Shown in pieces: positions 7,879-17,800 of a stretch of 24,000 nt of DNA. How positions within the stretch are numbered: position 1 is the stretch's first letter; each line of letters begins with the position of its first letter. The stretch spans positions 426,081-450,080 of the forward strand of contig NZ_ARWA01000001.1 in the NCBI RefSeq assembly GCF_000385335.1, read 5' to 3'. The DNA comes from Methyloferula stellata AR4 (GTDB lineage Bacteria > Pseudomonadota > Alphaproteobacteria > Rhizobiales > Beijerinckiaceae). The notes below the pieces were generated by a model, which saw nothing but the letters and a program-made list of their open reading frames with translations, ran no database searches and had not been told where the DNA came from. Made by a program: the position numbers and the translations under genes.

Positions 7879-9944
7879 TCATCGGAACCGCCGGCCATAT
7901 CGATCATGGCAAGACAGCTCTGGTCAAAGCCCTGACCGGCGTGGATGCCGACCGCCTCAAGGAGGAAAAGGCACGCGGCATGACCATCGACCTCGGCTTC
8001 GCCTATTTGCCAACCGAGGCCGGACCCATTCTGGGTTTTGTCGATGTGCCCGGCCATGAGCGTTTCGTGCATACGATGCTGGCTGGCGCAAGCGGGATCG
8101 ACTTCGTCCTTCTCGTGGTCGCGGCGGATGATGGCGTCAAACCGCAGACCTTGGAGCATCTCGCGATCATCGACCTGCTCGGGATCAAGCGTGGTCTGGT
8201 GGTTCTGACAAAGGCCGATATCGCCACGCCCGAGCGGCTGGCAGATGTCGAGAACCAGATAAGGGCGGTGATCGCCGGAACGGTGCTCGAGAGCGCCGGC
8301 ATACTGCCGTTTTCGGCCGTCACGGGACAAGGTCTCGACGCCTTGCGCACCCGCCTTATCGCCGCCGCCTCCGACCCCGTGGACCGCGCGGCAGACGCGC
8401 GCTTCCGTCTCGCGGTCGATCGCGTCTTTACCCTCTCAGGCGTCGGCGTCGTCGTGACCGGCGCTGTGCTCTCAGGGTCGGTGCAAGTCGGCGACCATGT
8501 GCTCATCAGCCCATCCGGCCGCGCGGCGCGGGTGCGCTCGCTGCACGCTCAGAATAGTGAAGCGCAGATTGGCGGGGCAGGCGAACGCTGCGCTCTCAAT
8601 CTGGTGGGCGAGGACATCAACAAGGAAGCAATCCAGCGCGGCGACGTCGTGCTCGATCCAAAATTGCATGCGCCGACCGATCGCATCGATGCGAGATTGC
8701 GCCTGCTTCCGGGCGAGACGAAACCGGTCGGCCAATGGTTTCCGGTGCGGCTCCATCACGCCGCGGCGGAGGTCGGCGCGCGTATCGTCGTGCTCGCCGA
8801 CGAGCCGATCCAGGCGGGAGCCGTGGCAGATATCCAACTCGTGCTCGAACGGCCGATCGCCGCCGCGCAGCAGGATCGCTTTGTCATTCGCGACGCATCG
8901 GCGCAACGCACGATCGGCGGCGGCCGGTTCATCGACTTGCGTCCGCCTGCGCGGCGGCGGCGCACGCCGGAACGCCAAGCACAGCGCGCGGCTCTTGCCA
9001 TCGCCGATCCGCGTGCCGCTTTCGCGGCCCTGCTCGCGACGCCGCCCTATGCATGGGATTTGGCCGGCTTCGGTCGCGACCGCGCTTTGACAGCCGCGCA
9101 GACGCAGCGGCTTGCCGATGAGCTGGGACTCGTTCTCCTCGACAATGGCGTGTCTCGCATCGCAATCTCGCCTGCGCGGTGGCAGATGTTCGTGGCGAGC
9201 CTCATAGATCAGCTTGCTACCTTCCACGCCGAGACCCCCGATCTTCAGGGCATCGGCCGCGAGAAGCTGCGTCTGCTTTTACAACCGAGGCTCACTACGC
9301 CGGCCTTCGTCATCGCCTTGCAAAAAGCGGCCCTGACCGGCGAAGTGGTTCTCGACGGTGCGTTCGTCCGGCTTTCAACGCATGCGGCGCGTTTTACGCC
9401 GAAGGACGAAGCGGCCTTTGCCGCGATCGCGCCGCAGCTCGGCGGCGCGGACCGGTTTCAGCCGCCGCGCGTGCGCGACATCGCAAAGGCGATGCCGCAC
9501 CCAGAGGCCGACGTCAGGCGCCTGCTCAAACTCGCTGGGCGCATGGGTCTGGTCGATGAGGTGGCGCATGACCATTTCTTCCTGCGGCCGACCGTCCATG
9601 AAATGACGGCAATGATTGAAAGTGTAGCCGCCGATGGAGATGGCGTCTTCGCCGCCGCGCAGCTCCGTGACCGCTTGGCCAACGGCCGCAAGGTGGCGAT
9701 CCAGATCCTTGAATTTTTCGACCGGCACGGCGTCACGCTCCGTCAAGGCGATCTGCGCCGCGTCAATAAACATCGGTTGGATCTGTTCGGCCCCGCCGGG
9801 CTTTCATCCGCCGATCAACATGGAAGAGAATCGTCCCTGGTGGGGCGTTCGGACTTCAAATCCGAGTGGGGCTGCGAGCCTGTCTCAGGTGGGTTCGACT
9901 CCCACTCTCTTCCGCCAGCCTTCTCCCGGAGCGGATCTCGATGA
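7875..9944 (+). CDS. selB: Selenocysteine-specific translation elongation factor SelB; the ORF tail reads through selC
   Basis: N-terminal GTPase motifs [34 protein letters not shown], followed by winged-helix-like C-terminal domains. SelB-like sequence ends near ...[14 protein letters not shown] (about codon 638). The last 51 codons translate the spacer and the tRNA-Sec gene. The first in-frame stop is TGA 9942-9944. Confidence 0.9.
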   Translation: MIIGTAGHIDHGKTALVKALTGVDADRLKEEKARGMTIDLGFAYLPTEAGPILGFVDVPGHERFVHTMLAGASGIDFVLLVVAADDGVKPQTLEHLAIIDLLGIKRGLVVLTKADIATPERLADVENQIRAVIAGTVLESAGILPFSAVTGQGLDALRTRLIAAASDPVDRAADARFRLAVDRVFTLSGVGVVVTGAVLSGSVQVGDHVLISPSGRAARVRSLHAQNSEAQIGGAGERCALNLVGEDINKEAIQRGDVVLDPKLHAPTDRIDARLRLLPGETKPVGQWFPVRLHHAAAEVGARIVVLADEPIQAGAVADIQLVLERPIAAAQQDRFVIRDASAQRTIGGGRFIDLRPPARRRRTPERQAQRAALAIADPRAAFAALLATPPYAWDLAGFGRDRALTAAQTQRLADELGLVLLDNGVSRIAISPARWQMFVASLIDQLATFHAETPDLQGIGREKLRLLLQPRLTTPAFVIALQKAALTGEVVLDGAFVRLSTHAARFTPKDEAAFAAIAPQLGGADRFQPPRVRDIAKAMPHPEADVRRLLKLAGRMGLVDEVAHDHFFLRPTVHEMTAMIESVAADGDGVFAAAQLRDRLANGRKVAIQILEFFDRHGVTLRQGDLRRVNKHRLDLFGPAGLSSADQHGRESSLVGRSDFKSEWGCEPVSGGFDSHSLPPAFSRSGSR
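9822..9917 (+). tRNA. selC: tRNA-Sec (anticodon UCA), 96 nt including encoded CCA
   Basis: Folded by hand. 8-bp acceptor stem GGAAGAGA/UCUCUUCC plus discriminator G and CCA. 6-bp D-stem CGUCCC/GGGGCG with 4-nt loop UGGU. Anticodon stem UCGGA/UCCGA with loop CUUCAAA (UCA at 9856-9858). Long variable arm. 5-bp T-stem GUGGG/CCCAC with loop UUCGACU. This is the bacterial 8/5 tRNA-Sec architecture and resembles my recollection of E. coli selC. Confidence 0.92.
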
Positions 9945-11008
9945 CGGAAAGCGCATCCATGTCCCAATCGCCCCCTCGCCTGACCGATTTGGCGCATGGC
10001 GGAGGCTGCGGGTGCAAGCTTGCCCCATCCGTGTTGCAGCAGCTTCTCGCCAATCAGCCGCAAGCGGGCCCCTTTGCGAATCTTCTCGTCGGGACGGAGA
10101 CAGGCGACGACGCGGCTGTCTGGCAGATCGATGACGAAAACTGCGTCATTGCCACCACCGACTTCTTCATGCCCATGGTCGATGATCCGCGCGATTTCGG
10201 CCGCATTGCCGCGGCCAATGCTCTGTCCGACATCTACGCCATGGGCGGAACGCCGATCATGGCGCTGGCGGTCCTGGGAATGCCGCTCGACAAGTTGCCG
10301 GTGGAGACGGTGCGCGCGATCCTGCAAGGCGGTGCCTCGATCTGCGCCGAGGCCGGCATTCCGGTCGCAGGCGGACATTCGATCGATTCCGCCGAGCCGA
10401 TCTACGGCCTCGCCGTGATAGGCCTATGCAAACCGGGCAACATAAGGCGCAATTCCGGCGCCCGCCCCGGCGATGTGTTGATCCTGACCAAGGGGATCGG
10501 CATAGGCATCTATTCGGCGGCGTTCAAAAAGCAGAAGCTCCCCGATGATGCCTATGCCGAGATGATGGCCTCGACCACTCTGCTGAACCGCATCGGTCAT
10601 AAGCTCGCGCATGACGGGGATGTGCATGCCATAACGGACGTGACCGGCTTCGGGCTCCTCGGCCATGGTCTTGAACTGGCCCGCGGCGGCAACGTCAGCC
10701 TCGACATAGACTACAAGCGCATCCCGTTTCTGACGCAGGCGGAAGCTCTCGCTGAGGCGGGATTTGCCACCGGCGCATCGGGACGCAATTGGACGAGCTA
10801 TGGGGACGGGGTCGTCTTGCCGGCGGACTTGCCGGCCTGGAAGCGCGCCCTGCTCACCGATCCGCAAACCTCGGGCGGACTGCTCGTCGCCTGCGCGGCG
10901 GATCGCGCTGAGTCTATTAGAACTGCCATCGAGGCCGCGGGTTATCCGCGCGTCAGCATCATCGGGTCGGTCGCACAAGGCGAACCGGCGATCCGCATCG
11001 CACATTAG
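9941..11008 (+). CDS. selD: Selenide, water dikinase (selenophosphate synthetase), Cys-type
   Basis: Track ORF 9866..11008. [16 protein letters not shown] is the SelD glycine-rich active-site loop, with Cys rather than Sec. An AIR-synthase-like fold continues (DDAAVW..., TTDFF.P.VDDP.DFG.IAA.NA.SD..AMGG.P). I place the start at ATG 9941, which overlaps the selB stop (ATGA). Confidence 0.92.
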   Translation: MTESASMSQSPPRLTDLAHGGGCGCKLAPSVLQQLLANQPQAGPFANLLVGTETGDDAAVWQIDDENCVIATTDFFMPMVDDPRDFGRIAAANALSDIYAMGGTPIMALAVLGMPLDKLPVETVRAILQGGASICAEAGIPVAGGHSIDSAEPIYGLAVIGLCKPGNIRRNSGARPGDVLILTKGIGIGIYSAAFKKQKLPDDAYAEMMASTTLLNRIGHKLAHDGDVHAITDVTGFGLLGHGLELARGGNVSLDIDYKRIPFLTQAEALAEAGFATGASGRNWTSYGDGVVLPADLPAWKRALLTDPQTSGGLLVACAADRAESIRTAIEAAGYPRVSIIGSVAQGEPAIRIAH

Positions 11009-11022
11009 CTTTGGGGGGATCA

Positions 11023-12135
11023 ATGACCACAGCGCGCCAGCCCCATCCGGCATCAGATAATTTGGAGCCGGATGCGGGCGGAAAACCGGTTCCCACTTTT
11101 CCTCATCCAGCTCTGGGATGGATAACCTTTCTCCTGATCGCGGTCTTGGGCCTCTTCTACGTGAAGTGGTTCCCCTACTATAATCGCGCCTTTGTCGCCG
11201 CGGCCAATCATTCGATCGGTCAATCCATTTTGATGGGCAAGGCCGCAAGTCCGCCGGCTCCTTCGCTCAGCGCCGCGCTCGATTATGCGTTCGCCTATGG
11301 CAAGGCGATCTGGCAGGCCATGGTGCTCGGCCTGCTGCTCGGTTCCGCCATCCAGGCCTTGCTGCCCGTCAATTGGGTCGCGAAACTTTTGGGCCGGACG
11401 AGTTTCGGCAGTGTCGCCGCGGGCGGTTTATTGGCGCTCCCCGGTATGATGTGCACTTGCTGCGCGGCGCCTGTCGTCGTCGGGCTGCGCGAGCGTCAAG
11501 CGTCACCCGGCGGGGCGATCGCGTTCTGGCTCGGCAATTCTGTGCTGAACCCGGCGACGCTTGTCTTCATGGGTTTCGTGCTCGGCTGGGATTGGACGGC
11601 CTTGCGCCTCGGCCTCGGCATTTTGATGGTGTTTGGGATCGGCTATCTGGTGAACTTGATGGTCACGCCGCAAGAAGCCACGGCGGCGCAGACGCAACTC
11701 GCGGAATTGACCGAAAAACCGCAGACATCCGGCACCTTCACGCGGTGGATGCAAATCCTGGCGCGCATGTCGGTGCGGCTGATTCCCGAATACATCATAC
11801 TGGTCCTGGCACTGGGCGCGGCGCGCGCCTGGCTTTTTCCTTTTGTCGGACCGGAGGTCAGCAATCATATCGGATGGATCGCGGCACTCGCGGTCGCAGG
11901 CGCGATCTTCGTCATCCCGACCGCTGGCGAAGTGCCGATCGTTCAGGCGATGCTTGCGCTCGGCGTGGGCGTCGGACCCGCTGGCGCATTGCTGATGACG
12001 CTGCCGCCGATCAGCGCGCCGTCGCTCGCGATGCTCGCCCGCTCCTTCCGGCCGCAAGTGCTCGCCTTCGTTTCGGCCTCGGTCGTCGGCTTCGGGCTCG
12101 CCGCCGGCCTGCTTGCGATCGCGTTGAAATTTTAG
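11023..12135 (+). CDS. Polytopic membrane permease of the PF03773 (ArsP/YraQ 'predicted permease') type with a Cys-Thr-Cys-Cys motif
   Basis: Track ORF 11011..12135. About 8-10 hydrophobic helices. LPGMMCTCCAAPVVVGL (codons 11452-11463) resembles the vicinal-cysteine motif of this family. ATG 11023 is preceded by GGGGGGA, 14 nt after the selD stop. The first about 30 codons overlap a hairpin/repeat region, so the true start could differ. Confidence 0.75.
   Translation: MTTARQPHPASDNLEPDAGGKPVPTFPHPALGWITFLLIAVLGLFYVKWFPYYNRAFVAAANHSIGQSILMGKAASPPAPSLSAALDYAFAYGKAIWQAMVLGLLLGSAIQALLPVNWVAKLLGRTSFGSVAAGGLLALPGMMCTCCAAPVVVGLRERQASPGGAIAFWLGNSVLNPATLVFMGFVLGWDWTALRLGLGILMVFGIGYLVNLMVTPQEATAAQTQLAELTEKPQTSGTFTRWMQILARMSVRLIPEYIILVLALGAARAWLFPFVGPEVSNHIGWIAALAVAGAIFVIPTAGEVPIVQAMLALGVGVGPAGALLMTLPPISAPSLAMLARSFRPQVLAFVSASVVGFGLAAGLLAIALKF
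11074..11114. repeat. Partial copy of the hairpin repeat also found at 14732-14771
   Basis: gcgggcggaaaaccggttcccacttttcctcatccagctct versus 14732-14771 gcgggcggaaaaccgctcacacttttcctcatcccgctct. By hand alignment about 35 of 41 positions are identical with one indel. It contains the GGAAAA/TTTTCC and GGATG/CATCC inverted pairs. Confidence 0.6.
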
Positions 12136-12142
12136 ATACGGA

Positions 12143-13072
12143 TTATCCGGCAAGCAGCAGCGGATTTGGCGCGTGGCGCGACCAGCCCGCCTCGCCGACG
12201 AGAATGTCGAGCCCCAATGTCGCGAGGTCGTCGGCGAAAGGATCGACGTTGATATCCTTTGTTTGATAGAGCATTTTCGCGTAGCTGTGGCATTCGTTGC
12301 AGGTCTCGGCCTTGACGGCGCCTGAATCGCCTTCGATTCCCTCCTGCATCAAGGAGCGCGCCTCGCCGCAGGTGATGCAAACGGCGCGCACATGGTTCCA
12401 TGCCGTAGAGCAGAGCGAACAATAAAGATAACGCGTGCCCGGCGTCTTGCCCGACGCGGTCACCACGCCGGAAACCGGCGTCGAGCCGCAGCAGGGACAA
12501 AGCCCGCGCTGCGGCAACAGCGACAAGGACGGCGCGGGCAAACGAGACGCCAGGCTCGTGAAATAGACTTGCAGAGCCGCCGCCACATAGAGCGCGGCGC
12601 CCGCATCGGAAGGATCGACGCTGCCATGCAGGAAGCCGTCGGCGAGAGCTTCGACCGCTTCCGGCGCATAAGCCCGCAGCTTCGCCATCTCTGCCAAGGC
12701 TTCCGGTGGCGCGGCACTCTTGTCGAGCTCATCGAGCACAAGAGCCAGTCCGTTTCGCCAGACGGGGTCGCGCCGATGGCCGTCGGCCGCGAGAGGTGGC
12801 ATGCCCGCTTCGACCGCTTGCTCCACCGCGGCGAGATCCGGCCCGGCGAACGGCCCGAGCTTCGTTGCGGCAAGGTGCTGAGCCTTCGCAAGTTGCGCCA
12901 TGAAGCGCAGCCATTCCTCCAATGGATGGCCGGCCGACAGAACCTCCAGCCGGGCGGCGGTCCGGGAAAATCGCGTCGCGAGGTTGGGCAGGATCAGCGC
13001 GTCGGGCGCCGTGACGCCGCCCTGCGGATCGCCGATCCAGACGCCTTGAGAACCAACTTCGCCTTGTCTCAT
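12143..13072 (-). CDS. fdhE: Formate dehydrogenase accessory protein FdhE
   Basis: Four Cys pairs typical of FdhE: CPCCGS...YLYCSLCSTAWNHVRAVCITCGE...AETCNECHSYAKMLY. The stop is only 7 bp from the convergent permease stop. Confidence 0.9.
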   Translation of the reverse strand: MRQGEVGSQGVWIGDPQGGVTAPDALILPNLATRFSRTAARLEVLSAGHPLEEWLRFMAQLAKAQHLAATKLGPFAGPDLAAVEQAVEAGMPPLAADGHRRDPVWRNGLALVLDELDKSAAPPEALAEMAKLRAYAPEAVEALADGFLHGSVDPSDAGAALYVAAALQVYFTSLASRLPAPSLSLLPQRGLCPCCGSTPVSGVVTASGKTPGTRYLYCSLCSTAWNHVRAVCITCGEARSLMQEGIEGDSGAVKAETCNECHSYAKMLYQTKDINVDPFADDLATLGLDILVGEAGWSRHAPNPLLLAG

Positions 13073-13096
13073 CGACGCCGCCTCATGCGTTGCTTC

Positions 13097-13771
13097 TCAT
13101 CTGCGCGGCGCGTCGCTGTGGGCGCGCGGCGTCGGCCCGCGGGAGCCACTTGCCGCCAGCCCTCTGAACCACTTGCGGTGGTGCCGCCACGCCCAGCCCG
13201 GCGTCACATAGCCCTGCGTCATCGCCCGAAGCGAGCCTTTGACCCAGATCGCGGCATAGACATGGATGATCCACACGAGGATCGCCGCTATTGCCGCGAG
13301 ACTATGGATCAGGACCGCGACGCGTTGCGTTTCGATCGAGGTGTAAGTCGAGAAATAATATTCCCAGATTACCAGGCCCGTAAAGAGCAGCACTGGCACG
13401 AGCAGCGCCATCGACCAGAAGACGAATTTTTGGCCAGCATTGAAACGGGGGACTTCCGGAACATTTTCTTCTTCGTTCACCAGCACACGATTGATCGCGC
13501 GAAGCCAGGCGATATCGTCGCGGCTCCACATATTGTCGCGCCAGAACTGTACGATCAGCCCGGCATAGCTGATGAACAGCACGATGCCGATCCACGGATG
13601 GATCGCCCGCGTCTGTTGACCGCCGCCAAAGAGTGCCGACAAGAAAAACAGCGACGGGTCGAACATCGAAAGCCCGGAGAGCAATAGAAGGACGAAGCAG
13701 CCGCCGGTGATCCAGTGGTTGACCCGGGTGAGGGTCGGATTGCGGATCAATGTTCCTCTGGGATAGGTCAT
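13097..13771 (-). CDS. fdnI: Formate dehydrogenase gamma subunit (cytochrome b556, FdnI/FdoI type)
   Basis: Track ORF 13097..13870. From ATG 13771 it reads [37 protein letters not shown]...[15 protein letters not shown]...[36 protein letters not shown]...W...HH.KW, which aligns along its length with my recollection of E. coli FdnI. ATG 13771..13769 overlaps the fdxH stop 13770..13768 (ATGA). Confidence 0.88.
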   Translation of the reverse strand: MTYPRGTLIRNPTLTRVNHWITGGCFVLLLLSGLSMFDPSLFFLSALFGGGQQTRAIHPWIGIVLFISYAGLIVQFWRDNMWSRDDIAWLRAINRVLVNEEENVPEVPRFNAGQKFVFWSMALLVPVLLFTGLVIWEYYFSTYTSIETQRVAVLIHSLAAIAAILVWIIHVYAAIWVKGSLRAMTQGYVTPGWAWRHHRKWFRGLAASGSRGPTPRAHSDAPRR

Positions 13772-14694
13772 TGTGCAGCATCCTTCACGCTTGGCGGCTC
13801 CTCGCGAAGCAGGCGCTGCGCTTCCGTTTCGTCCTCCGGCTGCACCTCGTTCGGCCCGACGGTGATCCAATGCATGAAGCCGGAGATGGCAGCGAAGGCG
13901 ATGCCGGCCAGAGCCACGGGCTTCAGAAGTCCTTTCCAGATCGAGACGAAGACGCTGATATGCGGGTCCTTAGGCAGGCCCGCGTAGATCGTCGGGTCGT
14001 CGGCATGCTGCAAAACATACATGACATGCGTGCCGCCCACGCCCGGCGGATCATAGAGGCCGGCATTGGCGAAGCCGCGCGACTTGAGATCGACGATACG
14101 CTCCCCCGCCCATGTCGTCATGTCGGTCTTCGACCCGAACATGATCGCGCCAGTGGGGCATGACTTGACGCAGGCCGGTTCCAACCCGACCGAGACCCGA
14201 TCCGAGCACAGGCTGCACTTGTAGGATTTGTGATCCTCCGGACTGATGCGGGGAATGTTGAACGGGCAGCCTTTGACGCAATAGCCGCATCCGATGCAGG
14301 CGTCGCTGATGAAATCGACGATGCCATTGGCATGTTGCACGATCGCGCCGGGCGCCGGGCACGCCTTGAGGCAGCCAGGGTCCTCGCAATGCATGCAGCC
14401 GTCCTTGCGGATCAGCCATTCGAGATTGCCCTTGTCATCCTCCCATTCGGTGAACTTCATCACCGTCCAGGTGTTCTGATCGAGGTCGAGCGGATTATCG
14501 TAGGTGCCTTCGAAATATCCGACCTCGCCGCGCAGATTGTTCCACTCCATGCACGCCGACTGACAGGCCTTGCAGCCGATGCAGCGCGACACGTCGATCA
14601 GTTTCGCGACCTCCTGCTCGTGATCGCGAACCGACGGCGGCGTCAGGGTCGACGCCGAGCGCCGGATGTAATCTTGCGATTGCAGATCTGCCAT
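13768..14694 (-). CDS. fdxH: Formate dehydrogenase beta (4x[4Fe-4S]) subunit
   Basis: Ferredoxin-type Cys clusters [45 protein letters not shown] and a C-terminal membrane anchor helix ([22 protein letters not shown]). AAGGAG RBS upstream of ATG 14694. Confidence 0.92.
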   Translation of the reverse strand: MADLQSQDYIRRSASTLTPPSVRDHEQEVAKLIDVSRCIGCKACQSACMEWNNLRGEVGYFEGTYDNPLDLDQNTWTVMKFTEWEDDKGNLEWLIRKDGCMHCEDPGCLKACPAPGAIVQHANGIVDFISDACIGCGYCVKGCPFNIPRISPEDHKSYKCSLCSDRVSVGLEPACVKSCPTGAIMFGSKTDMTTWAGERIVDLKSRGFANAGLYDPPGVGGTHVMYVLQHADDPTIYAGLPKDPHISVFVSIWKGLLKPVALAGIAFAAISGFMHWITVGPNEVQPEDETEAQRLLREEPPSVKDAAQ

Positions 14695-14870
14695 CGACGG
14701 CTCCTTACATCACGATGATTTAGAGCGGGACGCGGGCGGAAAACCGCTCACACTTTTCCTCATCCCGCTCTAGAGCATGATCCCAAAAAGCAGCAGACTT
14801 TTTGGACAGGATCATGCGGTTAAACGACTGCTTAAAGCGTGCTCACCATTCAACTTGAAACGACGCCGCT
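14695..14870. repeat. Stacked-hairpin intergenic repeat element (REP/MITE-like) filling the fdnG-fdxH gap
   Basis: Three consecutive inverted repeats. TAGAGCGGGA(14721-14730)/TCCCGCTCTA(14764-14773) encloses GGAAAA/TTTTCC. Next is ATGATCC..CAAAAAG/CTTTTTG..GGATCAT (about 14776-14817). Last is GCTTAAAGCG/CGCTTTAAGC (about 14831-14876), whose distal arm contains the fdnG stop codon. The core aaaccgctcacactttt resembles a dispersed Rhizobiales repeat I recall; this is unverified. Confidence 0.65.
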
Positions 14871-17800
14871 TTAAGCGACGGGCGGTGTCGTCTTCTCGAT
14901 GTTTACAAGGAATGCCTTGAATTCAGGGGTCTGCGTATTGGCATCGCCGACCGACGGCGTGAGCGTATTGGCGCCATAGCCCTTGCGGGCCTGGCCGGTG
15001 AAGCCCCAATGCAGCGGCACGCCGATCACATGGGTTGGTTTTCCGTCCACCATCAGCGGACGGATACGTTTGGTGACATAGGCCTTGCACACGATCACCC
15101 CGCGCTTCGACGTCAGGCGGACCCATCCGGCCTGCGTAATTCCCTTTTGCTTCGCTAGGACCTCGCCGATCTCGATGAATTCCTCCGGCTGGAGAATCGC
15201 GTTGATTAGCGCGTGCTTGGTCCAGAAGTGGAAGTGTTCGGTCAGCCGGTAGGTGGTCGCGACATAGGGGAAATCCGCCGAGGTTCCGAAGTCCGCCCGG
15301 TCGTCGGCGAATACGCGCGCCGCGGGGTTGGTGCTGACCTTGGGGTGCAGCACATTGGGCGACGGCGATTCAAACGGTTCGTAATGTTCCGGGAACGGTC
15401 CCTCGACCAATTGGTCGCGCCCAAAAAGCCGCCCGACTCCTTCAGCATTCATGATGAAGGGACCGACCGCATCGGAAGGTTTCGTCGTCGGCGCGTAGTC
15501 GGGCACATCGATGCCGACCCATTTCGTGCCGTTCCATTCGATGATCGGCTTCTCTGGGTTCCAGGGTTTGCCGGCCGGATCCGCGCTGGCACGGTTATAG
15601 AGAATCCGGCGGTTGGCCGGCCAGGCCCAGGCCCAGTTCGGCGCAATGCCTTGCTCGCGCGGGTCGGTCGCATCGCGGCGCGCCATCTGATTGCCCTTCT
15701 CGGTGTAGGAGCCCGAGAAGATCCAACAGCCTGACATGGTCGTGCCGTCGTCGCGCAATTGCGCGAAACCATCCAGCAATTGACCGGCGCGTAATGTCGT
15801 TGCACCCGTGGCGTCCTTGATATCGACCAAGGCGCGACCGTTCATGTCCTTCGCCAATTCCTCCGGATTCGGATCGACCGGATTCGTGTAATTCCAGGTC
15901 AGGTTCAGGAGCGGGTCTGGAAACGCGCCGCCGTCCTTGCGATACATTTCACGCAGCCGATGGAAGATGCCGGACATGATCCAGATGTCGCTCTGCGCTT
16001 CGGCTGGCGGCTCTGCGGCCTTCCAATGCCATTGCAGCCAGCGCGACGAATTGACGAGCGAGCCGTCCTCCTCGGCGAAACAGGTTGTCGGAAGCTGGAA
16101 GACCTCGGTCTGGATCGAGGCCGGATCGGACGGGTTCTGCGGACCGAAATTTTCCCAGAACCTCGATGTCTCCGTGTCGAGCGGATCCATCACGACGAGG
16201 AATTTCAGCTTGCCCAGCGCCTTGCGGATCTTGCCTCTGTCCGGAAATGCCTGCAGCGGATTGAAGCCCTGGCAGATGTAGCCGTTCATCTCGCCATTCG
16301 CCATCATCTCGAAGGCTTTTATGATGTCGTAGAGCGGGATATCGAGCTTCGGCAGCCAATCATAGGCCCAGTCATTGTCCGGCTGTGCAGCGTCGCCGTA
16401 GATCGCCTTCTGGAAGCTGACGAAGAACTTCCGATAGTTCTGCCAGTAACTGGTTTGTCCGGGACGCAGCGGCTTAAAGAGCCGCTTCTTCATATAGTCC
16501 TCGAAACTGGTCTCCTTATCGCTCGGAAGCGTGAGATAACCCGGCATCAGGTTTGACAGAAGGCCGATATCGGTCAGCCCCTGAATATTGGAATGACCGC
16601 GCAAAGCATTCATCCCGCCGCCGGCGATACCGATATTGCCCAGCAGGAGCTGGACCATCGCCATAGCGCGAATATTCTGAGTCCCTATCGAATGCTGGGT
16701 CCAGCCGAGTGCGAACATGCTCGTCAACGCCTTGTCGGGCGCGGAGGTCGAGGCGAACAGTTCGCAGATCTGCAGATATTTATCGCGCGGGGTGCCGCAG
16801 ATACGCGACACCATTTCCGGCGTGTAGCGGTCTACATGCTGGCGAAGCAGGTTGATGACGCAGCGCGGGTTCTGCCACGTGTCGTCGATCTTGGCAAAGC
16901 CGTTCTCGTCGAGTTCGTAGTCCCAGCTTGACTTGTCGTAGGCGTGCTTATCCGCTTCGTAACCGGTAAACAGCCCATCCTCGAAGCCGTAGCCTTCCTT
17001 CACGATCAGGCCGGCATTGGTATAGGCCCGCACATATTCGTGCTGGATCGCATCCTTCTCCAGAAGATAGCGCATCATGCCGTTGAGGAACGCGATATCG
17101 GTTCCCGGACGGATCGGCGCATAGACATCGGCGACCGCTGCCGTGCGCGTAAAGCGCGGATCGATTACGACGAGCTTGGCCGCGTTCTCGATCTTTGCCT
17201 CGACCACCCATTTGAAACCGCACGGATGCGCTTCGGCGGCATTGCCGCCCATGACCACAACAACATCGGCATTCTTGATATCCTGCCACGTGTTGGTCAT
17301 TGCACCGCGACCGAATGTTGGGGCCAGACTGGCCACCGTCGGTCCGTGTCAGACGCGTGCCTGGTTGTCGAAGACCACCATTCCGAGGGCTCGGGCGACC
17401 TTCCATGTCACATAAGCCGTCTCGTTCGACGACGCGGAGGCCGCCAGCATGCCCGTGCTGAGCCATCGGTTGACCGTCGTGCCGGCGGAGTCCTTGGGGA
17501 TGAAGTTCGCGTCGCGATCCTGCTTCATCAGCGTCGCTATGCGGCTCAATGCGAAATCCCACGAGACCTGCTTGAACTCGCTGCTGCCGGGCGCCCGATA
17601 TTGCGGATACTTCAACCGTGTGGGCGCATGCACGATATCGAGCAGAGCCGAGCCTTTGGGGCAAAGCGTGCCGCGGTTCACGGGATGGTCCGGATCACCT
17701 TCGATATGGATGATGTCGGATTTGGCGTTCTTCGCGCGGTCGCCAAGACTGTAAATCAGGATGCCGCAGGCAACCGAGCAATAGGTGCAGGTGTTGCGGG

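Noticed and set aside
9789-9941. The 51-aa C-terminal tail of the SelB ORF as a genuine extra protein domain.
   Set aside because: The tail is simply the translation of the spacer plus the tRNA-Sec gene, so its sequence is constrained by tRNA structure. It is reported as an architectural oddity, not as a domain.
12133-12145. Convergent permease and fdhE stops only 7 bp apart, considered as a shared bidirectional terminator.
   Set aside because: There is no room for a hairpin in the 7-bp gap, and I saw no obvious inverted repeat spanning the gene ends. It is noted only as tight convergent packing.
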